Source: a virus
IMG/VR virus record: IMGVR_UViG_3300020182_000007
Strand: one strand, 5' to 3'
DNA: 64,000 bases
Shown: positions 56,201 through 64,000 of the stretch, in pieces
Layout of the letters: every line of letters starts with the position of its first letter
How positions within the stretch are numbered: the first letter of the stretch is position 1
Notes under the pieces: model-generated
Told to the model about the DNA's origin: nothing
What the model saw: the letters and a program-made list of their open reading frames with translations, nothing else
The model's database searches: none
Made by a program: the position numbers and the translations under genes

Positions 56201-59200
56201 AACATACATTGAATTTCCTCCAGAATGTCCGCCATTGAAGTAGTATGATTTGTTGTTATTAATAATATCTTGACTTAATAAAAGATTATTTTCTAAATCT
56301 ACACTATCTCCTACAATACTTGAGTTAATTATTGGAATTATCACAGCGCAGTTCATTAGGCGATATCCTTGAACACCGCTTATGATATACACATAATCAT
56401 TCACACTGAAAGCGTTAAACCCTGTGTTGTTCCTAATGGCACCTGCAAAGGCAAAAGCTACATCACTTGTACTTCCAAGCGCTGAAAATCTAGAAGAATT
56501 AAATCGACCCTTATCAAGAAGTCCAGTGTCATCGGCCATAAAGGTACCAATCTCTTGGTCAACATTAGTATAAATTTCTCTTATAGCAACAACCGAAGTT
56601 GTTGTGCTTACTGAAATACCGTTGTCTATTAAATTAGAACTTCTCTCTTTAAAAACTACGCTATTAATTTGATTAGAATCTGCCTCGACGCTTAATTCAT
56701 ATCTATCATAAAAGTTTATTTCAGCAGATGTGTAATTTCCAGGGTTTATCTTAATGTCGGACCAAACAGATTCAAGTGCTGTCCAAGATGTGCTAGAATC
56801 TATACCCATTGCAAACTGAACAAAATTCCCGAAATTATCAGTAACATTTACAACATCTCCGTTAACATTACTGATAATTTTAAGCCTAACTGACTCTTTT
56901 TTTACTGGGGTAACCCTAAACAAATCATTGTTTATTGGGTTGTTAGTAAATTGCATTTTTATAAAGTCTCCTCCAGAACTAGAATTAGAAACCAATTGAA
57001 CTGATTTGTCTTTTTTAATAATACCAAGCTTACTATTAATATCTTCACTATCTGCTTTTACAGAAACATTATATCGTATAGCATCATATGTATTAGAACC
57101 ATCTAAATTATAAAAAGAATCTCCAATTCTCGCGTATCCCAACGACCCTGTATTTCTCAGTAGTGCAAATTCGGGAATAGCATATGTTGGGTCAGCTCCT
57201 TCTAAATAAGATTCTAAGTTTTTAAACTTAACGACGCCATTTGTAACATAAGAAATCTCTCCAGTACCTGACTCAATATCATCAACATAAAGTCCAAAAT
57301 ATCTGTTAACAGAGTATCCTTCAGTAGAATCATCATCAAACATAAATTCTAGATTCACTAGATTGGCACAAGCCACCTTGTTTCTTCTAAAACCGTCAGT
57401 TATAAAATCATTAGAATCAATAACTGTTAAATCTTTTTTAACATAATCATCATATAAATACTCGCTCTTACGCGTGAATCCGCCCTTTTGTAAATCAATA
57501 CCATTAAACGTAGAGTTTTTATCTTTCTCCATTGTGATTGTTGTTGGAGATTCAGGAAAAAACTCATCCTGTACGTGATTTCTAATATACTTACCAATTG
57601 AAGATTGTTTCGACAAATCAAACACCTTAACAATTGTAGAATTACTAGTCATCTTTACAATTCTAGAAAGCTTATCTTCTGAACTATTTTCAAAACTAGA
57701 ATCTGGCTTCGGGTTATCTACTCTATAGATCACAAACTTTTTAGGAATATTAACATCTAACCAGATGGGAGCAGTGATTCTATAATCTTCAGAATACATC
57801 TTAGACGTATTTAGTTTAGCGCCATATTGGTAATCTTCTTCGTATTGTTTATCGTACTCATCAAGTACTGAAAAATCAGAATAGTTTCTTTTAGTAGTAA
57901 ATGCTGAGTCTATTGGCGTACTATTAACTAAATAATATCTTGCTAAATCTTCAGAGTATCTTGAATCTGCACTAAGCTCCCATTTTTTATAATTAGAATC
58001 AGATAAATCTTGAGTTGCATTTATAGAATCAAAGTAGATTCTATTAGAAGTATCAGCTACTAATTTAACGTTAGTACTAAGTTTTGGATTTGTTCTAAGT
58101 AGAGGTATCGATACGTTATCTAATTTGTAATTCTTTTCAGTATTTGTATTAGGCCCTATTTGAATAGGCTGTGCAGCTTCTATAAACGGAAAAGTATAAG
58201 ATGTTTCATTATTTTCGTTAGAACAATCGGAACAGCTAGGATATATGTTTACGCTATTTTCACTGTATATTCCAAGTAGAGAGGCTTCGCTAAATTCTGC
58301 AGCAGTATAATATGAATCAAGTAAAAGTTTTGCCTCACTTTCAGTGTTTGCTAAAATAGTGTGAACGTACTGTACACAATCGCAAACTCCAGTTGAAAAA
58401 ATAAGCTTATTTTCTAACTTTAATAAATCAACAAAATCAGTAACGTAGCTAGTACCTCCACTATTATGTCCAGAGTCTATAATATAGATTGGATGTGAAT
58501 TTGTACCGCTAGCAATAGTTACTGGAGAGCACTTATAAAAAGCATAGAATACTCTAGATCCTCCAGTGTTTAGTAATTCAGTTCCATAGATTGAAGGTCT
58601 TGTAACAGTTGGGCATGTAGTACCCTGTGTTATTGCATAAGGCGTATTGACTGAATTGTGAACGTTGCCTAACGCATCTCTTCCTATAAATCTATCACCA
58701 GTCCATATAAAATACTGGTTAGCAGGAATACTATTGTCCGATGTACTAAAATATTGATATCTTATTAAATTATTATAATTGGAAGATGCTGCGCTCGCGG
58801 CATCATTATACAAGTATATATTATTTTGAACTATTTGTAGTAAATTTGCATCTTGTGATGCATAATAATATGCAGTTATCGATTCTGTAGGATAATGACA
58901 TACTCCAACATTATCTCCATAATCATCGCAAATTGGAATGTTAATGGTGATAGCTCTAGATGATAAAGGCCCAACTAAAATACATGATAGTACGTAGTCC
59001 TCCCAACCACTAAGCTGTCCGTACTCGTATCCATATCCAGTAACGTGTGAATATGTACCCTTTGGTGCAATATTAGTAATATGCGTAGGGTTGCTAAAGA
59101 ACGCAATAGCATCATACTCGGTGGTAAAAATAACTGTATTGTAAAGTGCTAAATCTTCAATAGTTGTATACACCGTACCTCCGGGTCCATTGTAGTAGTA

Positions 59201-60136
59201 ATATGTACCAGTTACTGGATTAGTACAGAAATCATTAGGGGTTGAAGCAAAATTTAAACTAATAGATTCTGCTCCTACACCAACACACCAATACGGATTC
59301 CATCCATTTAATACTGCACTTGCTGTATCATCTCCAGGATCAACTGTAGGTACAGCAGTACTTTGTGTGTAATCCGTTATATTAGTCCCTACTGCGTTGT
59401 ACCATCTATCAACACCCTGATTATAATTATAAAAAGTACTTAGAAAAGATCCATAGGATCCTTGTTTAAATTCTTCTAAACCAAATAGCCTAAAAGCATT
59501 AGGGTCGGTTAAATCAGAAAGAGTAAACCCTGAAAGAGAAGGATCTGGAGCACCTAGTGCCTGGTAAAAACCAACAATATTTATATTTCCTAGGTTATAC
59601 TCATGAATGATCTTCTCAATTGTAGGTAGAGAATTACCTCCATCGTAATAAATAGTTACTGCTCCATTCTGTGCGCAATACGAACCATTTACGATATCTA
59701 CTGTGTAAAAAACGTTAAGAGCAAATATAGTTTGAGGAGCAGGAGGATTACCGCCGGCAGCACATGTTACTGATGGTGAAATCCACGATCCCGGATTTCC
59801 ATCTGCTGGATTAACCCATCGAGTTACTGTAGTATCTGTAGCTTGAGTACCATCAAACACTGTACTAGAATACCAACCACTAGGCGACAGACTAAAAGCG
59901 TCTTCTGCATCCGCAGTTGCATTCTCGAGGTAAATATTTAAGCCTGCGATTGCTATATCACCAATACTAGCTCCGTCAGAAATACCAGCAGTAAGTGCAT
60001 TATTTTCGTTGTAATATATTAGGTAGCTACCACCTGCAACAGGTATTGCTCCGGGCAAAATAGTGTGCCCTCCATTACAAACAGTTGCTTGTGTTTTTAG
60101 TTCGTCTTTATAATATATGATCGTAGAGTATGCCAT
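53252..60136 (-). CDS. Very large virion (baseplate/tail) protein
   Basis: 2294 aa in structural context. Late promoter GATATATA at 60176-60183. Confidence 0.55.
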   Translation of the reverse strand: MAYSTIIYYKDELKTQATVCNGGHTILPGAIPVAGGSYLIYYNENNALTAGISDGASIGDIAIAGLNIYLENATADAEDAFSLSPSGWYSSTVFDGTQATDTTVTRWVNPADGNPGSWISPSVTCAAGGNPPAPQTIFALNVFYTVDIVNGSYCAQNGAVTIYYDGGNSLPTIEKIIHEYNLGNINIVGFYQALGAPDPSLSGFTLSDLTDPNAFRLFGLEEFKQGSYGSFLSTFYNYNQGVDRWYNAVGTNITDYTQSTAVPTVDPGDDTASAVLNGWNPYWCVGVGAESISLNFASTPNDFCTNPVTGTYYYYNGPGGTVYTTIEDLALYNTVIFTTEYDAIAFFSNPTHITNIAPKGTYSHVTGYGYEYGQLSGWEDYVLSCILVGPLSSRAITINIPICDDYGDNVGVCHYPTESITAYYYASQDANLLQIVQNNIYLYNDAASAASSNYNNLIRYQYFSTSDNSIPANQYFIWTGDRFIGRDALGNVHNSVNTPYAITQGTTCPTVTRPSIYGTELLNTGGSRVFYAFYKCSPVTIASGTNSHPIYIIDSGHNSGGTSYVTDFVDLLKLENKLIFSTGVCDCVQYVHTILANTESEAKLLLDSYYTAAEFSEASLLGIYSENSVNIYPSCSDCSNENNETSYTFPFIEAAQPIQIGPNTNTEKNYKLDNVSIPLLRTNPKLSTNVKLVADTSNRIYFDSINATQDLSDSNYKKWELSADSRYSEDLARYYLVNSTPIDSAFTTKRNYSDFSVLDEYDKQYEEDYQYGAKLNTSKMYSEDYRITAPIWLDVNIPKKFVIYRVDNPKPDSSFENSSEDKLSRIVKMTSNSTIVKVFDLSKQSSIGKYIRNHVQDEFFPESPTTITMEKDKNSTFNGIDLQKGGFTRKSEYLYDDYVKKDLTVIDSNDFITDGFRRNKVACANLVNLEFMFDDDSTEGYSVNRYFGLYVDDIESGTGEISYVTNGVVKFKNLESYLEGADPTYAIPEFALLRNTGSLGYARIGDSFYNLDGSNTYDAIRYNVSVKADSEDINSKLGIIKKDKSVQLVSNSSSGGDFIKMQFTNNPINNDLFRVTPVKKESVRLKIISNVNGDVVNVTDNFGNFVQFAMGIDSSTSWTALESVWSDIKINPGNYTSAEINFYDRYELSVEADSNQINSVVFKERSSNLIDNGISVSTTTSVVAIREIYTNVDQEIGTFMADDTGLLDKGRFNSSRFSALGSTSDVAFAFAGAIRNNTGFNAFSVNDYVYIISGVQGYRLMNCAVIIPIINSSIVGDSVDLENNLLLSQDIINNNKSYYFNGGHSGGNSMYVDSSIVSEIKKGDYIPTNYKDSYNLVLDVVEDTDIQNSLNHKVILQQKNVLPSSNYEIYVKNKMTLGMFSAYDIHDMNFDTYDTSNSNLKELEYETRSNMNYQPYEDASLGNLGADNTINPDFIIDPIKYFANLQPLLNGEDSTEVTQVDIKSEYDRLNENSLKEYSTNSRVVPDINKWALKDTTNVREEPYYLNTNEAFGRTNFSPDVTIEGRNREAFSHEWFYLDKWPDYMKYDMYNDGFSYVNFVNGVDIERSIFTDTSVDYFDMYMVSEGHEVPVALIDSLDNSTVKETSFYTKTKLNKKYTIARGGNSLDFASTIFKGLKFVFKKRKDGQSLINGEFFKDSEFNGYKFSTLVTVDTNASSNNIEYEFIKNDKFEFIIFFIKLSIQDVFVGNYMNRKYLYELQHKIVTGFDPLSGGNYYKYADVSVDGSLDITSTNWAAGPYIVNGVSDIDGNLPNFDTQISPTFDGTYGTIKIDYDPSNTSSVEYFIDIVKVISSNKIQVDGPPYYYTVGEHPTGTRQNINPYMVPGQSQISASYTYLEGGVNAHSTLLRDLSANTVYNKLKDNTGEIKFTTIDDSGAETANQFTVVIENGNEVVKHSTLVTEIDKDTPKSFKLKKETIGHELTNEHVYYPFLIRHNGNYTISTTPVVEFTDVYGFNKIIRDQRSYDYDIKALKEPYYKLNLSTNYEINKSIAYYNKYNRLGTSFNVGFISDNGRYDNDWGIIKNHFYHKVNEINTAGVTKLSESSEHLPQYPLINEIAIDKKDRNVFKSAWEDNYYVRSKAGGNIDYLPGTVSTIEEKSYLASALVKYRPSYSILEFTTSSVTSESELDLILVNDSSKTNVVFFEDNNSIIADFYLSDLIAGVIGDDGLRQTINLFVSPENSEGDKTTVEDDIKKYALNNIVGLYVMENIQLYTKKYKGNPSEFISTDSIELIDNGYVADQNFTYNAHGQKPLNFRLIYNKELGYSYSIRTLIKIQA

Positions 60137-60210
60137 CTAATGTAATTGTCTTTTTATAGAAATATTCCTATACTCTATATATCAATTACATTAGGGTTAG
60201 CGTAAGTCCA

Positions 60211-63200
60211 CTAGATAGAAAGCTGCGCAGCCTTTACTGAATTCTTATTAGAACCAGCAGCTTTATACTTTGCAAAAACCTCAATATCAAAAGAGAATTG
60301 TTCTCCATCTGCGTCAAACGTATCAATACCTACTCTTTTTGAATATGTCAGATTAGTAAGCGTGTTGCTTATAATACCTCCAACTCTACCAAGATCGTTA
60401 GTGTTATCGTTACCTGCATAATCAGTCATTCTGTATTGAAATACTAAATCTATAGATACTGCGTTAGTTTCGCCAGTAGTTACATATTTACGTCCAAACT
60501 TGTTATCACCATCAACTAATAAAGAATCTGGGTTAATTGGCGCAATAAATAAATAAGAACCACACGATTTACCTCCTAGTAAATATTGATCGTTAGCATC
60601 GAAAGACATTTTAAATGTTCTATCGTAATTTGTTATTGTATTGTTACTGTGTCTATACCCTAATTGTAACTTACCATTAGTATCTTCAGACTCTATAGTT
60701 GCTGGAATAGACATCGTACCAATTAATGCAGAATCTATTTGAGCCTGTAGAACTGCTGTAAGCTCTGCACTTGTCATTGCTGAATTAGTAGCGGCAGCTC
60801 CCTGATATGAAGTATATAGATTATCTAAGTCTGGGTGTTCTTTGTGTAAATAAATTCCACTATCATATAAAGCAGATGTTATGTTAGAAACTCCGGTAAC
60901 GTTAACCTGAGTTGGACTAAACGCCGGAGTTAAGTCATATGTGGTTGAAAATGTACCAAAGCTACCATTCCAGATATAATCAGAACCTGTGCCTACTCCA
61001 GTTATTGTAGAGATGACAGCGGTATCATACGACATTAAATACTCATAGTCAGAAATTTTACCTGATGGTATTGCAACTAATGGAGAGTCTGCGTATAACT
61101 TATTCTCATTTGATATATCCATAAATCTGGAGTATATGAATTGACCTCTTCTCTGAGCAGACTGATATGGAGCAGTAAAGTTATATTCTAGGTTACTATC
61201 ACCAAACTTTAATGCAGTTGAGGTTGAATCAACGTTCTGATATTGCAATGGCACTAAGTCATACTTAGCTTCTGTAGTATAGTATGAATCGTTTATTACT
61301 TTTTCAGGAACGCCACTAGAGGCAGCATTAATACCGAATCCGTTAGTAAGTGCATCAGATCCTACCGTAGAAGATCTAAAAACAGGAAGAGATCTATCAC
61401 CAGCAATTCTAGCAATTAATTCAAGTTGAGTTGCGTTTGTGTTTTCAAGAAGAAGCTTAAACGCTTTAGTAACTATATGTCCCTTTTTAACAGTAAGGTC
61501 AGCAACTTCGTCCGTATAATACCCAGCGAACACCTTGTTGTTTGTGTTCTTGTTGATATTAATTACAGTACCCTCTTCAGTTACTAATTTAACAGTAAGT
61601 TCTCCTTTAATTCCAGATATAGTTTCTTGAAGAGAAGTTACTTCGTTTTGTAATTGAGTAAGTTTGTCAAATAGCGTAATTGGAGTCTGTTCAGGTGATA
61701 AAAATCCAGAAGCAATAGAAGTTGCAGTATGTGCAAAATATTTTTCGTTTGCTGCAAATGAATCAGCAACGTGATCATATACTCCTCTAGATTCTAATTC
61801 TTCATTTACTTTAACTACAGCAGATTCAGTTTGGTTATCAGTAACTATAGTTGTAATGTTAGTAGTATCTAATTCTCCTTCTGGGAATTCGATCCTAACT
61901 ACATCACTCCAATCACTTAGTATCGGATTAGAAGGATATCCAGCTTCTGAAACTGATTTAACCCTAACGTCAATTACCTCTCCTTTTTGAATTGAAATAT
62001 CTAATTGATTAAAATTAATTTCTTGGCCGTCTTCTATTAATGGATCTCCCCAATAGAATTTGCCAGTTGTTTCATCCTTTACTCTAGGTCTAACAGTTGT
62101 TTTAATCTCATTCCAGTTAGAAAATACACCAGTCTTTTCCTTTCCATTCTCAACAAAAGGAATTTGAGCAACGTCTGAAGATTTACCGTTTGTTGATAAA
62201 TATCTATATTGAACAATAAATTGAACGACTTGTTGCGGAATAGTTTCAGCTACAATTTTAGGATCTGGAATACTCCAAAATCCTCTAACTCTAAACTTAG
62301 GAGTAACGGCAATAATATTAGTGTCTTTTGCAACAGCTTGTATTTGGTTAACAAGTGAAGCATATAATTTAGTCTCTGAACCTCTAACATTCATAAGAGC
62401 ACTTAACTCGTTACGGTCCCGGTCTCTTTCAATAATAGAAGAATACTTTTTAGTAGCAACGCTAGCTCTTTTTAATACAATTGTATCATCTAGTTTTTTA
62501 ATATTAGACTCTGATTTACCTTTTTCTAGAGTAAACTTTTTAACCTTTTGAGCGCCGTCGTTTTCAGTTAGGTGCTTATTAATTTGAACTATTGTAAAGT
62601 TATCACCATTAAGAGAAGGTGCGTCAGGTGTTTTACCTAATGTTGCCGGAGGAATTGCGTCTTCTTTAAGTGCTTTTATAAATTGACCAAAATCAGCAAC
62701 GCCTTCTTTGTAATAATCCGCTAATGTTTGAACCTGTCCACTTTCTAGCGTAATTTTTAATTCGTTAGAATAAATTGCAGTACCTGGCGACCAGTTTTCA
62801 GCAAGTATATTAGAATCTGGGTCGATTGCCTTAAAGAAAACAACAAGGCTTTCATTAAAACCAAGATTGATATCAATGTTTAACGAAATATTATTTGCTT
62901 TGTAAATCCTTAACGAATCTGAACCAATTCTTATAGGTTCATATCCTTGTACTAAATCAAGAGTAACTTGTCTTGTAGAACTATCAACACTTGTAATTTT
63001 ATACTTAGTACTTCTTTTACCAGTGTTAACCATTAATTCATCGTTAACCTTTAAATTCTCAGTACTCTTTAAAGCCTTATCAGAATCAGTGTATGTTAAC
63101 TGATCAATTGTATATAATTGTATGTTTCTCTTTACTTGTTCTCCATCTAAGATTACTGTCTTTTCTACAGTATCAATAGAAGTAACGTCAAACGTACCAT

Positions 63201-63828
63201 AATACTGAGTGCTTCTGTATGGAAGATCTCTTACTTCTTCATCAACATAATGCGGTATATTATTAGAAGCTAGTCCGGTAATAACTTCGCTATATTCTAA
63301 TCCATCCTTTCCTTTTAATTCAGTATCAAAATATTCACTAGCAAAATCAAAAGTAGTGTCGATTATTAATCGCTTAATTAAAACCCTTTCGGTATCTGAA
63401 CTAATTTGATTTGTAACATCAAACGAAGTTGTTAATAGTGGAGTTAAAAAATCTTCGAAAAAATAATTAGACTTAACACCAAATTCAGTAGGTCTATTTA
63501 TATTTTCTATATCGTTTGCAGGACTTTTAAGAGTTCCTGTATAAATTCTTTGGTATGTTCCGTCTGCTAGCTTAACCTTAGAAGTACCATCAGTCAAATC
63601 AGTAAGAGCCTTAAGATTAATATCTAATCTTTCTAGTTCTTTCTTCATAAAACCAAATGACGGAACATATGTTGTAGTTGTAGTTCCTTCCGCATTTAGT
63701 ATTTCTAGGGGAATGCTTTTCTTTTCGGTAGTAATAGCCTCATTTATTCTCTCAAATGCACTAAGAGAGTTTACATTAATTTCAAGCAATTGCTTGACTA
63801 CGGATGATATGGAGTTGTTTGTGTTCAT
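60211..63828 (-). CDS. Large virion structural protein
   Basis: 1205 aa with coiled-coil and beta-rich segments, in the tail operon. Confidence 0.55.
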   Translation of the reverse strand: MNTNNSISSVVKQLLEINVNSLSAFERINEAITTEKKSIPLEILNAEGTTTTTYVPSFGFMKKELERLDINLKALTDLTDGTSKVKLADGTYQRIYTGTLKSPANDIENINRPTEFGVKSNYFFEDFLTPLLTTSFDVTNQISSDTERVLIKRLIIDTTFDFASEYFDTELKGKDGLEYSEVITGLASNNIPHYVDEEVRDLPYRSTQYYGTFDVTSIDTVEKTVILDGEQVKRNIQLYTIDQLTYTDSDKALKSTENLKVNDELMVNTGKRSTKYKITSVDSSTRQVTLDLVQGYEPIRIGSDSLRIYKANNISLNIDINLGFNESLVVFFKAIDPDSNILAENWSPGTAIYSNELKITLESGQVQTLADYYKEGVADFGQFIKALKEDAIPPATLGKTPDAPSLNGDNFTIVQINKHLTENDGAQKVKKFTLEKGKSESNIKKLDDTIVLKRASVATKKYSSIIERDRDRNELSALMNVRGSETKLYASLVNQIQAVAKDTNIIAVTPKFRVRGFWSIPDPKIVAETIPQQVVQFIVQYRYLSTNGKSSDVAQIPFVENGKEKTGVFSNWNEIKTTVRPRVKDETTGKFYWGDPLIEDGQEINFNQLDISIQKGEVIDVRVKSVSEAGYPSNPILSDWSDVVRIEFPEGELDTTNITTIVTDNQTESAVVKVNEELESRGVYDHVADSFAANEKYFAHTATSIASGFLSPEQTPITLFDKLTQLQNEVTSLQETISGIKGELTVKLVTEEGTVININKNTNNKVFAGYYTDEVADLTVKKGHIVTKAFKLLLENTNATQLELIARIAGDRSLPVFRSSTVGSDALTNGFGINAASSGVPEKVINDSYYTTEAKYDLVPLQYQNVDSTSTALKFGDSNLEYNFTAPYQSAQRRGQFIYSRFMDISNENKLYADSPLVAIPSGKISDYEYLMSYDTAVISTITGVGTGSDYIWNGSFGTFSTTYDLTPAFSPTQVNVTGVSNITSALYDSGIYLHKEHPDLDNLYTSYQGAAATNSAMTSAELTAVLQAQIDSALIGTMSIPATIESEDTNGKLQLGYRHSNNTITNYDRTFKMSFDANDQYLLGGKSCGSYLFIAPINPDSLLVDGDNKFGRKYVTTGETNAVSIDLVFQYRMTDYAGNDNTNDLGRVGGIISNTLTNLTYSKRVGIDTFDADGEQFSFDIEVFAKYKAAGSNKNSVKAAQLSI

Positions 63829-63829
63829 G

Positions 63830-64000
63830 TTATCTTAAAATATCTACTTCAAATTGATACGTTACTGGATCAATACAAATAATCTCAATGTATGGTTTAT
63901 TAGTAATTAAACTAGCAGGTGAAATATCTGCAATCAATTGATTAAAACTACTATTCGCTTTAGTATAAATTTTGATGTTATTTCCATCCATATTTATAGT
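63830..64000 (-). CDS. C-terminal end of a gene entering from beyond the window
   Basis: Open frame TINMDGNNIKIYTK...PYIEIICIDPVTYQFEVDILR* ending 1 nt before the next ATG. Confidence 0.75.
   Translation of the reverse strand, partial: TINMDGNNIKIYTKANSSFNQLIADISPASLITNKPYIEIICIDPVTYQFEVDILR

Noticed and set aside
2423-62551. The many other short plus-strand ORFs in the track, and nested minus-strand ORFs at 52938 and 57427
   Set aside because: All overlap longer, motif-bearing genes and look like shadow frames.
1-64000. Stop-codon reassignment, tRNA or rRNA genes
   Set aside because: Core genes are full length in the standard code, and no cloverleaf or rRNA-like segment was seen in the short intergenic gaps.

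Overview
This window is an AT-rich segment of a large T4-like (myovirus-type) phage genome, with essentially every real gene on the minus strand. It holds the head, packaging and neck module (terminase large subunit, gp14, gp23 capsid, fused gp21 protease/scaffold, gp20 portal, gp2, gp4, gp15, gp3-like) and the replication/recombination module (gp32, gp61, UvsW, UvsY, UvsX, gp41, gp46/47, gp44/45/62, RNase H-like exonuclease, RuvC-like). It also has a gp55 late sigma factor, nrdA/nrdB, a PolB split into two genes 4.6 kb apart, and large tail/virion proteins. A Bacteroidota host is inferred from the NrdB type, a Bacteroidota-style spanin-like protein and the lack of Shine-Dalgarno motifs. The strongest leads are: (1) about 10 late proteins sharing a T4-internal-protein-like capsid-targeting N-terminus, some built as polyproteins of small modules joined by ES(V/I)V(T/N)E sites, four of which are identical over 19 nt; (2) a ligase-fold pair, one member fused to a HIGH nucleotidyltransferase, that may be packaged in the virion; (3) a glycosyltransferase between the capsid gene and a 17x KD(K/E)GTSG repeat protein; (4) two phage promoter classes readable from the sequence (GAAACA-N16/17-TATAAY and NATAWATA); (5) several structured RNA candidates; (6) a class Id-like NrdB. 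All calls rest on motif recognition by eye; no database searches were run. No tRNA, rRNA, CRISPR array or mobile element was recognised.
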